From NCBI GenBank assembly GCA_965205015.1, contig OZ242029.1, positions 4,128,001-4,192,000 of the forward strand: a DNA stretch of 64,000 nt. Direction: 5' to 3'. Of this stretch, positions 39,848 to 50,900 are shown piece after piece. The position numbers and the translations under genes were made by a program. Numbering within the stretch: the first letter of the stretch is position 1; each line of letters opens with the position of its first letter. Origin of the DNA: Candidatus Poribacteria bacterium (GTDB taxonomy: Bacteria > Poribacteria > WGA-4E > WGA-3G). The notes beneath the pieces were generated by a model, which saw only the letters and a program-made list of their open reading frames with translations, had not been told where the DNA came from and made no database searches.

Positions 39848-40900
39848 GTGAAACACCTAATTGAACAGATCGCAGCACACTTCAAAACAGAGGCAGATGC
39901 TCTGAAACTCCAACCGATTCAGCACGGCAGCCAGCCAAAACACAATGTCTGTCGTTTAAAATGCGGTTCCGTGAGTTACTTACTCAAACAGCACGACATC
40001 ACCACACCCGTCGTTAAAGCAGGCTATACGCCTTGTCAAATTGAAGCCACCGTCCTGTCGATATTACACCGCAACGGCTGTCGTGTACCACAAATTATTT
40101 GGGAATCGGAAGACGCTCATGCCCTACTGTTGGAATGGTGCGGTGAATGGACGCTCGATGCCATGGCACAACGCAGACCGGCGTCTATTCTCAAACCGAT
40201 TTTGCAGACTACGCTTATGGAACTCTGTCGGGTTGAAACCGTTTTTGCAAAAAACACGGAACTTCTTACGGCTTACGCCTTCCGTCATGATTTGCACATT
40301 ACCCTACAACGTTTACTGGAACAAGGCAGAAGAACCCTTGGCTATCTTTGTGGTTCCATGCGCGCATCACAAACGACGCAGCTTGACACGGCATGGGCAA
40401 CCTTTTCCAATCGACTCCAGACGGCACCACCGACTTTCGATAGTCTGGACTACCAGAGTCGCAACATCGTGATTTCCGATGAAACGCCTTTCTTAATCGA
40501 CTTTTCGAGTGTTGGTTGGGATTGGCAGGAACGGCGGTTGGTCCAGCTTTTCAATAGTATTGGGGCAAATCAAGAGGGGGCGAACTTCGTCTCGTTGCTA
40601 AATCGCGATTTGGTTGATGCTTATGCAGCGTGGGTTATCTCGCATCGTGAAACTTGTTCACCTGCAGAGATCGCGGCACGTGTTGACAGCCATCACCTCC
40701 TCTTTTATCTTTTGGTTATACATCAAATTTTGCGTGCTGTTGCGCAGCCGGAAGCCTCCGAGAGCCAAACACTCCTCGAGGCGTGGGGTGCTCCCAAGGC
40801 AAGATACCAAAGCGCGCTGATGCAGGTGATTCATACGGGGCTGAGCGACGACGTTTACACAACTCAAATTCGAGAGATGGTTGCCAATCGAGGTTCCTAA
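39848..40900 (+). CDS. Aminoglycoside phosphotransferase/kinase-like protein
   Basis: YLLKQH, DYQSRNIV (catalytic-loop-like), LIDFS; RBS GGAGG. Confidence 0.7.
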   Translation: MKHLIEQIAAHFKTEADALKLQPIQHGSQPKHNVCRLKCGSVSYLLKQHDITTPVVKAGYTPCQIEATVLSILHRNGCRVPQIIWESEDAHALLLEWCGEWTLDAMAQRRPASILKPILQTTLMELCRVETVFAKNTELLTAYAFRHDLHITLQRLLEQGRRTLGYLCGSMRASQTTQLDTAWATFSNRLQTAPPTFDSLDYQSRNIVISDETPFLIDFSSVGWDWQERRLVQLFNSIGANQEGANFVSLLNRDLVDAYAAWVISHRETCSPAEIAARVDSHHLLFYLLVIHQILRAVAQPEASESQTLLEAWGAPKARYQSALMQVIHTGLSDDVYTTQIREMVANRGS

Positions 40901-41007
40901 GCCGTCAGCAATCAGCAATTAGAGGTCGGCGATTGGGGCAAGGTTAGGAAACCTCGTCAGCGGGCAGTGAGGGTGGTAATCCACAGGCAGGATGAGGGGT
41001 TTAACCA

Positions 41008-41409
41008 TCACTCTTTACCTGCATCCTTAAGAATTGTTTTCCCGAGTTCCTGAAAAAACACGTGGACTTCGGGGGTTGATGGTTTTGTGTTATGAAACTC
41101 GGTCTGATACGATTTCAGTACCCTGTAAAGTGATGTAAGACTTATTTTCCGATTCTGGAGTGCCTCGCGCACGTTTGCGAAGACCGCAATCACCTGATCT
41201 TCTGAGATACCATCGGGACGATTTTTTGACTTAAGATGTTTTTCTACACCGTTCAAGGCACGTTCTGCCATCCAATAGCGGGCACCTTCAGGACCACCGA
41301 CTCGGCGGTAAATCACACCACCTGCGATTAAACTGACTGCGATAACCGCCAACACGAAAGTCAGAACTCGTCTATAGCAGCCGCTTAGTTTTCTATTCGT
41401 ATTCGCCAT
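41008..41409 (-). CDS. Hypothetical membrane-anchored protein
   Basis: Single N-terminal hydrophobic helix; tightly packed in an operon. Confidence 0.6.
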   Translation of the reverse strand: MANTNRKLSGCYRRVLTFVLAVIAVSLIAGGVIYRRVGGPEGARYWMAERALNGVEKHLKSKNRPDGISEDQVIAVFANVREALQNRKISLTSLYRVLKSYQTEFHNTKPSTPEVHVFFQELGKTILKDAGKE

Positions 41410-41415
41410 GTCGGT

Positions 41416-42543
41416 TTAGATTTTTCCTTCGCGTATCGTTAACGCCGCTTTCAATTTTTTGTTCCCGATAAATTTTGTGCCGTGTGTGTCAAAGAATTCA
41501 AATTCACCGTCCAGGACTTCAAAGACTGCGACATCGGCGACGGTTCCAACTTTCAAATGACCGAGTTGTTCCTCACGTTGGATAGCCTTTGCGGCACTGA
41601 AAGTCGCTTTCTCAATCACGTCTTCAAGTGAGAGTCCCAAATGCATCATCTTTGACAAGACCGTCGGTAAATCATAGACGGGTCCGTTGATGTTGCCTGT
41701 GTGGAGGTCGGTACTGATAACGTCGGAGATGAAACCTTGTTCCATGGCGCGTTGTGCGACCTCATAACGGAAACTGCCTGCCCCGTGCCCGACATCGAAG
41801 ATAATGCCATCCTCGCGCGCCTTCCACGCCTCAGGTATCACGCGCCCCTTTTCGTCAACAATATTATCACCGTTGCCTTGGAAACAGTGGGTAATCACAT
41901 CGCCCGGACGGAGTAACCGCAAGATATCGGGCAGCGGCACGCCGGCACCGATATGACACATGACGGGTGTCTCTGCGCGTTCAGCGGCTTCAATGGCAAG
42001 TTTCAGCGGTTCAACGCCGTTATCGCCAACCTGCATTTTCCCCTGACGCACCTTGACGCCGACGGTCATATCGCGATGTGCTTGTAACGTCTCGGCAACG
42101 CGACCCGGGTTGGCATAAGCGATATCGTGCATTTCACCGACAGGTCCGTAGACAAGCCCAATTCCAGAGATGTGGATATAGGTGAGAATATTCGTCTGCG
42201 CGGGTTCAGCAATGAATTCACGGAAACCGGGGAACGTCACCCAACTGGGGCTACCCGCATCGACAACGGTGGTGGTTCCGGCTGTTGGGCAAACGCCGTC
42301 GGCTCTGATACCCCAAGTCGTGACACCGTAGTAGACATGCGTGTGGATATCAACGAGTCCCGGTGTCACGAATTTATCCTTAACATTGATGGTTTGCGTC
42401 GCTGCGTCTTCGGGAATGTCCCGTTCAATCGCAGCGATGACACCGCCCGTAATTGCGACATCTCGCCTTGCATTCAAATTCTGTGCGGTGTCAATGACAG
42501 TGCCACCTTTTAGTAGAATGTCGTAATTCATGTCCGTCCCCAT
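41416..42543 (-). CDS. Amidohydrolase/deacetylase (dihydroorotase-like) metallohydrolase
   Basis: PGLVDIHTH, TTVVDAGS, GVKVR, DVGHG, ISTDLH. Confidence 0.88.
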   Translation of the reverse strand: MGTDMNYDILLKGGTVIDTAQNLNARRDVAITGGVIAAIERDIPEDAATQTINVKDKFVTPGLVDIHTHVYYGVTTWGIRADGVCPTAGTTTVVDAGSPSWVTFPGFREFIAEPAQTNILTYIHISGIGLVYGPVGEMHDIAYANPGRVAETLQAHRDMTVGVKVRQGKMQVGDNGVEPLKLAIEAAERAETPVMCHIGAGVPLPDILRLLRPGDVITHCFQGNGDNIVDEKGRVIPEAWKAREDGIIFDVGHGAGSFRYEVAQRAMEQGFISDVISTDLHTGNINGPVYDLPTVLSKMMHLGLSLEDVIEKATFSAAKAIQREEQLGHLKVGTVADVAVFEVLDGEFEFFDTHGTKFIGNKKLKAALTIREGKI

Positions 42544-42549
42544 TACTGC

Positions 42550-43230
42550 TTAGACGCCACGTTTGTCTCCCCATATATCTACGTGCACACGAGGGGAATA
42601 GCGATAACCGTTCTCTTTGCAGAGATCCACCAACCATTCCTGTTTCTGTCGTAGCACGACAGGTGTTGTCCCTTGCGGCATCAAGAGGATAGTCTCGGCA
42701 GGAATATCGATCTCCGTCTCTAACGCTTGGATTTCCGCTAAATCTTCAGGAGTGTCCACGACGAATTTCACTTGGCATGGATACTGATCCAAAAACTTTC
42801 GGATAACGTCGGGACGGATGCGGCCACGTTCGTGACGTTTGAAAAACCGGTTGTCTGCTGGCGGATTAGAGTTACGCAACTTAGGACTCATGGAAATGAG
42901 GTGTGCGGAAACCGCTGCAAAAAGCGTGGCGTTCGTTTCAATTGTGATGTGATGCCCACGTTTATCCAGTTCACAACAGAGCTCCATCAACTCCCGCGCC
43001 TGAATAAATGGCTCTCCACCGGTAATAACCACGTGCTTACAGCGGTATTGCGAGATGGCATCAACGCTTTCAGCGACAGAGATGTTCCGGTTTTCAGGCT
43101 TCCAAGATGTGTAAGGTGTATCACACCAAACACATCTCAGATTGCAATAACTCGTTCGGAAGAAAACAGAGGGAACACCGATAAGTTGTCCTTCTCCCTG
43201 AATCGTGTGGAAGAGTTCGCTAAATTTCAT
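42550..43230 (-). CDS. queE: 7-carboxy-7-deazaguanine synthase (radical SAM)
   Basis: TIQGEG, CNLRCVWCDT, TGGEP, IETN, SPK, RVHVDIW. Confidence 0.88.
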   Translation of the reverse strand: MKFSELFHTIQGEGQLIGVPSVFFRTSYCNLRCVWCDTPYTSWKPENRNISVAESVDAISQYRCKHVVITGGEPFIQARELMELCCELDKRGHHITIETNATLFAAVSAHLISMSPKLRNSNPPADNRFFKRHERGRIRPDVIRKFLDQYPCQVKFVVDTPEDLAEIQALETEIDIPAETILLMPQGTTPVVLRQKQEWLVDLCKENGYRYSPRVHVDIWGDKRGV

Positions 43231-43367
43231 ACTGTCGTCCCTCGCGAAGCGTTCAGTCAAGGTGATGTGTTAGCTGACAGCATCTTGTGAGGTCGGTCTC
43301 GGATTTTAAGGAAATTAGACGCGAGTGCTATTCACAAACGGTGCGAGGTAACGATTTCCGCGAATGA

Positions 43368-43739
43368 TTAAGCCTCAATGAGTTCAATTTGAACGTTGTC
43401 GGGTCCCTTGAAAAACGCCATCATGAGTCCATTGGGTTTCAAATCTTCGAGTTCCGCGCCCTTCGCTTGGAGCTTCGCGACCTCGGCGTCTAAGTCTTCT
43501 ACAGTAAAGGCGAGTTGATAGACACCCCAACGTGGGTTCCCGCTGGTGTCCTCGACTTCCATATCTCCGAACTTCGGTGAGAGGAAGATCCGTTCGCCAC
43601 CGATCTCCATCCGGACAATGGGTAACCCGCGGACCTCTACCTTTTCTGTGACCTTTCCATCGAACATCTCTTCATAATAACGAATTGCACCTTCTAAATC
43701 TTCACAACGAAGATGAACGTGGTGAAATGTAACTGCCAT
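43368..43739 (-). CDS. VOC/glyoxalase family protein
   Basis: FHHVHL, LAFTVEDLD, FFKGPDNVQIEL. Confidence 0.85.
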   Translation of the reverse strand: MAVTFHHVHLRCEDLEGAIRYYEEMFDGKVTEKVEVRGLPIVRMEIGGERIFLSPKFGDMEVEDTSGNPRWGVYQLAFTVEDLDAEVAKLQAKGAELEDLKPNGLMMAFFKGPDNVQIELIEA

Positions 43740-44039
43740 TGTTAGAATTTCCTTTCCTTAGAAGAATCGCGCTTTTCACGCGCGGGTTGAAATATGGTAT
43801 GGAATATACAATTATCACACAATCGGTTGATTGTGTCAAATTATTTTTCAGCGCCGTAACCCTCAAAAAGTTGAAGAATTGTCTACGAAATGGGTTATTA
43901 ATAAAAAAAAATGAAAAAAAATCTAACTTTTTTCGAGGAAGTGCGTCTAAAGTAACGAAAGCATCAATTGAACATTCAAATTTTGTGTAAAAAGTAATAT
44001 ACACTTTCAATATTTTCGTAAATGAAAAGGAGAAAAACA

Positions 44040-44381
44040 GTGTCAACGCAAATTCGTAAACAAGGCGACGTAGCGATTTTGGAACCCAACGGAAAAATAG
44101 TGGGACCCTCCGTATTGGAATTACGAGAGGCAATCGCGCCGCAAATAGAGACTTCCAACGCCCCACGTATCCTCATCAACTTTGAGAACGTCAATATGAT
44201 CGACAGTTCAGGACTGGGTGCTCTCATGGAGGCACGTGCCCTTGCGACCCGAAAACAAGGACGCATCGGGGTCATTCATGTTGGTAAACACATCAAAAAC
44301 TTGGTCGTTCTGAGTCGTCTCGTGAGTATGTTTGAACATTACGACGACGAGGATGCGGCAGTTTTAGGACTATCCGCATAG
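44040..44381 (+). CDS. STAS-domain anti-sigma factor antagonist
   Basis: VNMIDSSGLGAL phosphorylation motif; GTG start after AAGGAG. Confidence 0.85.
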   Translation: MSTQIRKQGDVAILEPNGKIVGPSVLELREAIAPQIETSNAPRILINFENVNMIDSSGLGALMEARALATRKQGRIGVIHVGKHIKNLVVLSRLVSMFEHYDDEDAAVLGLSA

Positions 44382-44403
44382 AACGCACAGGTCAATGCAC
44401 GAC

Positions 44404-44434
44404 AAAAGGGACTGGTTTTACCGGTCCCTTTTTT
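44404..44434 (+). terminator. Intrinsic terminator
   Basis: AAAAGGGACTGG-TTTTA-CCGGTCCCTTTTTT hairpin with U tract. Confidence 0.75.
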
Positions 44435-44452
44435 GTTGCCCCCGGCAAAGTC

Positions 44453-44480
44453 TTGACAAATCCCACTATGTTGTTATGAT
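44453..44480 (+). promoter_or_regulatory. Putative sigma70 promoter
   Basis: TTGACA, 16-nt spacer ending in TGT, TATGAT. Confidence 0.5.
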
Positions 44481-44513
44481 ATCGTGAACGACTCACTGAG
44501 AAGGTATCATAAC

Positions 44514-46622
44514 ATGTCGCTGGAAAAATGGACAACTCTCCAAACTGAGCATATTCAATGCCTCGCAGAAACCCTTGCGAGACGGGAATTCCTTGCAATT
44601 GGGCAACTGGAACCGATCGCGGATTTTGAGGAACTCTTCACGTTTGACGAAGCACAGCCGACACCGATCGAATTCACACCGGAATATCCCGCTTGGCGGT
44701 TGGAATCGGTGGCTGCACGTCTCATTGAGGCGGTCGCGATCGCGGCACATGAACCGCTCACTGCGTTGGGATACCGCGAACTTGCTCGTATCCTGTTGGA
44801 GCATACTGCGTATCTCTACACCTATCCAGACGGTGAACCGCGTCCAAGGCTCGAAGCGGGCAGTGCATTGGCATTGGCAGGGAGTGTCTGTGCGTCGCTG
44901 CCACAATCGGAACTCTGGCGGCTTGCAGGCTTCGGAAGGATTTCGGCGGTATTAGCGGAGGTTGCGCCGGCACCGACAGATTCTCATCTCACCAGACCGA
45001 TAGATGCCGCTTTCTCGCTTGCGAATGAACGGAACCTCCCAATTTTGGCGTCCGCCGTTACTGCCTATAACACCGTTCTCAAACGCAATTTCACGCCTCA
45101 GTATCAATACAATCTGCCCTTCAGCGATAATGACTTTTTTGACGTCCTCGATCTGGATTTTCCGGGAATGGAAGCCGTGAAATCCGCCCTCTTAGCGGAG
45201 GATATGCCCACAGCCAAATCCGCATACATCGCTTTTCGGAGAGAATTTTTAGATTCACAGGTTGAACATAAATCAATCCCGCTAACGGAAAGATCCGATA
45301 CCTATACGACTGCGAAAACCTACCTTGAATGCCTACTTCGGTTATCCATCCATCCGACCCCTGCTATCACAGCAACGACAGAGATGGGGATTGCCGCACA
45401 CCTGTTTCCGGAATTCCGTGGGAGTGAACAACTTCGGACGCTCGCGCTGCGTCGTTATCAGTGGATCGCGGAGATGTTCTTCCGTTCCGATGGCTTTCAC
45501 AAGGACCGGACGTTGCGCTCCCACGTTGAAGCGATCGCTGACTTTGTCAGATTCCTCCGTTTTCAATCCGATTCACAAACGAATGCCCTCCGAGAGTTGC
45601 TCGAAAAGTTAGTGGCGACATGCATCCATTTAAGCCAACCCGATTACTCGTTTCCACCGCTTGGTCCGCTCCCTGCTCCGAATTTCGATGCCGTTGAGCT
45701 CTGTACGATCGTCGATAGCGACTTCCGGCGTGAGGATCTTCCGCATTCTGATATCACTTCGCACGCACTTCCTGAGACGGGCTGTTACGTCATGCGGGAT
45801 AGCTGGGAACCCGACGCACAGTACCTATTTTTCGATGCGCATCCGTCGGGAAAACAGAGCAACACGGACACCTCAACTTTCGTGTTATATGCACACGGAC
45901 GACACCTGACAAAAGGTGCTGTTCGTCTGCTTGATACGCCACTGTCCGCATCCGATAGGATTGATACGCAGTGGATAACAACACCCGCCTTCGATTGTGT
46001 CGAAAAGTGGCATCAAACGCCAACGGTTCACCATAAACGCGCCATCTTTTACCTCAAAGGCGAATACTTTATCTTACATGACCTCGTCCTCGGTGGTGGT
46101 GCACACACATTGGAACAGGTTTTTCGTCTTGATCGGGGGACAGCTTCGGATATCGCCACTGATACCGGATCTGCTTGGACACAGGATCCACGCCGTAGCA
46201 ATCTGTTCATCGGTGCGGTGGGGCCGACTCATCCCTCGGTAACGTTGGAGGCGGACAGCGTTATATATCGAAGTCCTCAAGAGTCGCCAATCGCAATGAA
46301 CACATTGTTATTTCCTATGAAACCTAAAGTTAAGGTGCCTCCGATGTTTTCCGCTATCGAAGTTCGTACGGATCCTGATGTTTTGGGCACAGGTTTCACC
46401 CTTCAGCTGCCCAATGTAACGGACACGTTTCTCATCTCTGACGACGGCTTAGCGGAGATGTCGTCTGGAGAGATTCGGTTTGTCGGTGAATCTCTCTTTT
46501 TACGGAGAGATACCTCCGGTTCAGCCGTTCAATTCGTGATGTTGAACGGTCGGTTTCTGGAGGTAGATGGGGACGTCCTTGCCGATTTGGCTGAAGCCTG
46601 CGAAAGTTATGTGCGGATGTAG
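44514..46622 (+). CDS. Heparinase II/III-like protein
   Basis: LDLDFPGMEAVK, GCYVMRDSW, YLFFDA, HKRAIF...YFILHD; catalytic residues look degenerate. Confidence 0.6.
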   Translation: MSLEKWTTLQTEHIQCLAETLARREFLAIGQLEPIADFEELFTFDEAQPTPIEFTPEYPAWRLESVAARLIEAVAIAAHEPLTALGYRELARILLEHTAYLYTYPDGEPRPRLEAGSALALAGSVCASLPQSELWRLAGFGRISAVLAEVAPAPTDSHLTRPIDAAFSLANERNLPILASAVTAYNTVLKRNFTPQYQYNLPFSDNDFFDVLDLDFPGMEAVKSALLAEDMPTAKSAYIAFRREFLDSQVEHKSIPLTERSDTYTTAKTYLECLLRLSIHPTPAITATTEMGIAAHLFPEFRGSEQLRTLALRRYQWIAEMFFRSDGFHKDRTLRSHVEAIADFVRFLRFQSDSQTNALRELLEKLVATCIHLSQPDYSFPPLGPLPAPNFDAVELCTIVDSDFRREDLPHSDITSHALPETGCYVMRDSWEPDAQYLFFDAHPSGKQSNTDTSTFVLYAHGRHLTKGAVRLLDTPLSASDRIDTQWITTPAFDCVEKWHQTPTVHHKRAIFYLKGEYFILHDLVLGGGAHTLEQVFRLDRGTASDIATDTGSAWTQDPRRSNLFIGAVGPTHPSVTLEADSVIYRSPQESPIAMNTLLFPMKPKVKVPPMFSAIEVRTDPDVLGTGFTLQLPNVTDTFLISDDGLAEMSSGEIRFVGESLFLRRDTSGSAVQFVMLNGRFLEVDGDVLADLAEACESYVRM

Positions 46623-46689
46623 TCAAGCATCAGGAATCGGAGTGTTTTTGCTTGGGTGTTTCGTCCTCCTACAAAGAGGTTATCATCGC

Positions 46690-47424
46690 TTAATCGGTTG
46701 TGAGCTTTTGTGCCTTTTTCAATGCTTTTTTCACGTCTTGAGGCGTAACATCGATGGCTGCTTGTCCCGTGTTGATGGCATTGCATGCGATAATGGTTTT
46801 GAGAATTTGATGTGCCAAGGTCACATGTTTCGTAACATTTTTTGAATTGCTATGTTGAAAGATGCGTTGTCTCTCATATCCGTAGAGGGTTTCTAATTCT
46901 CGGACGACGTTTTCCGGGACGTTGAGGTCGGGGATACGGTAATTCTTGCAGAACTCGTCTCGGGTTTCGTTAAAGAGTGCCTTGTATTTATCCGGGAACT
47001 GCACATGGTCGATATCAAGACGGCGGAAGCGATTGAATAGGATGTTGCGGAGTTGGGCGTGGTGCTGTGGAAGTTCATTTCTTCGAAGTATTTCACAATA
47101 CTGAGCGTAGTCGCGTTCGCATTCAACTTGATAAGCCTCAAGGAGGTCTTGATTGAATCTTTCATCGGCTTCGTCCCCGTATTTTTCTTTGTACGCCTTC
47201 TGATGATTTCGAGTGAAATCTTCGATGAAACCCTGTTTTTCCAGGTCATCTTCGTCAGGGATCGGATCCCCCATCCATTCCTCAAAGGGCAGCAGATCGG
47301 GTATATCGGGTGGTGGCAGATCGTCTTCAAATTCTTCCATGAATGCGTCAACGATCTGGGTTAGTGTCATAAAACGTGCGAAACATTTGACGACGAATTC
47401 TTTGTGTTTTTCTTCGAGTTTCAT
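46690..47424 (-). CDS. Hypothetical protein with DUF2280-like segments
   Basis: ATG after AAGGAGG; HKEFVVKCFARFMTLTQIVDAFMEEF and KYKALFNETRDEF recall DUF2280. Confidence 0.5.
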   Translation of the reverse strand: MKLEEKHKEFVVKCFARFMTLTQIVDAFMEEFEDDLPPPDIPDLLPFEEWMGDPIPDEDDLEKQGFIEDFTRNHQKAYKEKYGDEADERFNQDLLEAYQVECERDYAQYCEILRRNELPQHHAQLRNILFNRFRRLDIDHVQFPDKYKALFNETRDEFCKNYRIPDLNVPENVVRELETLYGYERQRIFQHSNSKNVTKHVTLAHQILKTIIACNAINTGQAAIDVTPQDVKKALKKAQKLTTD

Positions 47425-47439
47425 GAGAATCCTCCTTAA

Positions 47440-47463
47440 AAATGTTACACTTGTGTAACATTT
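47440..47463. promoter_or_regulatory. Perfect 11-bp inverted repeat, candidate operator
   Basis: AAATGTTACAC-TT-GTGTAACATTT; further half-site at 47564-47574. Confidence 0.55.
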
Positions 47464-47942
47464 GGTGCGCGGTGGTGATCGGTAGAGAACCCAGTTGTTG
47501 TAAGGGTTCATAGGCATTTTTTGTAACTATCTACTGTGAAAAAAATAGATAAAATAGCGAAAAGTGTAACATTTTATTGAGATAGCCGGGGGCAGTGGAT
47601 TATCAGGCACTGCTCCTCCGTTGGTAAGGCAATTTGTAAGTTGAGTTGTATGATGTTTAACCTCATCTTTCCACTTTATTTGTTTTTAGGATATTTATAT
47701 AATATCATATATAATATAAGGATGCAAATTTATTTTTTTATCTATAGGAAAATTCGTCAGAATTGTGATTGACTATGATTTCTGTGATTCACCCTGATTG
47801 GCTGTGATTGACTGAGGTGCAATGAATTGCGCTACTACGAACCAGGCTCCTTTTGAAAAATGGACATCTTTCAAGTGTGCATCTGTTTGTAGTGATGCGA
47901 TTTATCGCATCAATGCGTAAGTCCGATCTATGATAAAAAGTC

Positions 47943-47971
47943 TTGCACTTGAGAGGTAGAAGGGATATAAT
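47943..47971 (+). promoter_or_regulatory. Putative sigma70 promoter (leaderless transcript)
   Basis: TTGCAC-17 nt-TATAAT, 6 nt before ATG 47978. Confidence 0.6.
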
Positions 47972-47977
47972 GGAAGT

Positions 47978-50900
47978 ATGAATTTCCAAACACGTTGCAA
48001 CCGTTATCTACAGAATATCCAACAAACACACAGCACTTCAGCAGCGACCCCAGAACTCTCTCTATACCCACATCTCCAGGCGTTTCTTGAAGGGATTGCT
48101 GTTGACCCTTTCGACAGAGATACCATCACATTTACGCAAGAACCGAGAAGATTGGATCAGATCGGTAGACCCGACTTCATCGCGATGGACGGCTTACTGC
48201 CTATCGGTTATATTGAGGCAGAAGTTTATGGCAGAGACCTCGAGGCACTCACCGGACACGCCAGGGAACAGAACGCTCGGTTTATTGAAAACCTCGATAA
48301 TTTCATCCTCACAAATTTCGTTGAATTCCGGTTGTATACGGAGGGGCAGCTGCGCGCAACCGCAAACATCCAGAACGACCCTGAGAATTTAGAAATGCTC
48401 TTGGAACGGTTTCTGAACGCTGGAGGTGTCCAAATCGCGTCACCCGAGGTATTGGCGAGATACCTCGCGAGACGGACGCGGGAACTCCAGATACAGATCG
48501 CAACGACGCTTACCGATGAAAATAGTGAAATCCACAGAATGTTCTCGGCGTTCAAGGAGACACTCATCTCTACGCTGACCCCTGACGACTTTGCGGATAT
48601 GTACGCCCAAACGCTCGCCTACGGATTGTTCGCGGCACGCTGCACACTCCCGAACGCGACGAACTTCTCACGGCACACCGCCGTTGAGGCACTTCCGAGA
48701 TCAAACCCATTCCTCGTCCAACTCTTTTATCACGTCGCCTCTCCGACACTGGAGACGAACGTGACCTACATTCTGGACGACATCGCCTCGCTGCTCCGAA
48801 ATGTCCCGACAGAGATGCTCCGCACGGCGTTTGCCGCAAGGAATCACCTTGAAGACCCTGTCATCCACTTCTACGAGACTTTCCTCGCCGAATATGATCC
48901 ACAACGCCGCGTCGATCGGGGTGTCTACTACACACCGCCACAGGTTATTTCTTATATCGTTCGATCGGTGGATAGCCTCCTCAAAACGGAATTGAACAGA
49001 TCTGACGGTCTCGCCGATGATAATACGCTCATCTTAGACCCTGCGACAGGCACCGGTGGATTCCTGTTGACGGTGTTGGATCACATCCGCGAGTCGGTTA
49101 CCGAAATATACGGCACGGGAGAGTGGAACCAATATATCAACGCGCAGTTGGTGAAACGGATTTTCGGGTTTGAGTTGCTCGTCGCGCCGTATACCATTGC
49201 GCATCTGAAGTTGAGTCTGTTCCTGCAAGCGCACGGGTGGCGCGCCGATGAACGCCTCCGTATCTATCTCACCAATACGTTGGAGAACCCTGGGGAAATG
49301 CAACCATCATTACCCTTTGCGGGGTTTATCTCGGATGAGGCGAACGCGGCGTTGTCGGTGAAACGGGACGAACCTCTTCTCGTTATTCTTGGCAATCCGC
49401 CTTATCAGCGAAGTTCTGCTAACCCGAGCCGTGACACCGATGGAACCTTAAATTTTATTGGGCGACTAATGGAAGATTACAGAAGTGTTGATGGAACACG
49501 AATGGCAGAGCGAAATCTCCAAGCACTTCAGGGTGACTATGTGAAGTTTGTTCGGTGGGCACAATGGCGCATTGACAAAAACGGTGAGGGTATTACTGGC
49601 TATATTGTAAATAACGGATTTTTGTACGGTATCATCTTTCGCGGTATGCGGCAGAGCTTGATGAACAGTTTTAATACCATCTATTGTTTCAATTTGCACG
49701 GCAGCAGCAGAATCGGGGAAATTGTACCTGATGGTGAAACTGATGAAAATGTTTTTGATATTCAGCAAGGTACTGCAATTCTATTGTGCGTTAAGGAACG
49801 TGGTAATGTTGATCCAGCAAAAATCTATTATGCTGACCTGTGGGGAAATCGAGAGGAGAAATACGAGATACTTTCGGAGACTGATGTTCAGACCACGTCA
49901 TGGACAGAGCTAATCCCTGACCCACCGTTCTATCATTTTGTGCCCCGTCACGATCAACATATAGAAGAATACGAAGTTGGTTGGGAATTAACTGACATCT
50001 TTCAAGCAAGTTCAATTGGAATTATAACAGCACGAGACAGACTGACTATTCATAGCACCCCAGAAGCGGTGTACACCACCGCCACTGATTTTGTGTCGCT
50101 CTCTGAATCCGAGGCACGACAACAATATAGATTGCCAAGGGATAGACGTGATTGGCAAATTCGTCTTGCCCAAGAAGATCTCCGCGAGCACCCTGATACA
50201 GAACAACACATAGTACCGATTAATTATCGTCCTTTTGACACGCGGTATACCTACTATACAGGACAGTCACGTGGGTTTCACTGTATGCCAAGACCCGCTA
50301 TTATGTCGCATCTCCTCACGAGCGAGAATCTTGCCCTCTGCACGCACCGCATCATTCGGAGTGCTACCACATGGCAGCATGCATTTATTACCAACAGAAT
50401 TACTGATGGCAATTGTGTCTCAAATACCGATGGCCCCACCCATGTTTTCCCGCTTTACTTGTATCCGAATCCTGAGGAATTGGGGATATCGACAGAACGG
50501 TCTCTCAATTTCAAACCTGCCTTTCTGACCGCACTTTCGGAAGCAGTGGGACTCTCACAGGTTGCGCCGTTTAACCTCCCTGAAGGCGTTTCAGCGGAGG
50601 AGATTCTCGCCTATGTCTATGCGGTGCTGTATAGTCCGACCTATCGCGAACGATATTATGAGTTCCTGAAATACGATTTCCCGCGTATCTCGTTGCCACA
50701 AGACCTTGATCAGTTCCGTACGCTCGCGGCGTTGGGACAGCGTTTGATGGATTGGCATTTATTAAAAAACGTGCAGATTCCGCCGATGCATCGGTTTGAG
50801 GGTGAAGGGGACGGTGTCGTTGCACAGGTGCGGTATTTGGATGGACGGGTTTGGATCAATCCGAATCAGTATTTCACGGATGTGCCGCCTGAGGTTTGGG

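Noticed and set aside
43231-43367. preQ1 riboswitch, or a dpd DNA-modification cluster around queE
   Set aside because: No recognisable preQ1 motif and no tgt-like or other que/dpd genes in the window.
46690-47424. Prophage
   Set aside because: No integrase, large terminase or structural genes nearby.
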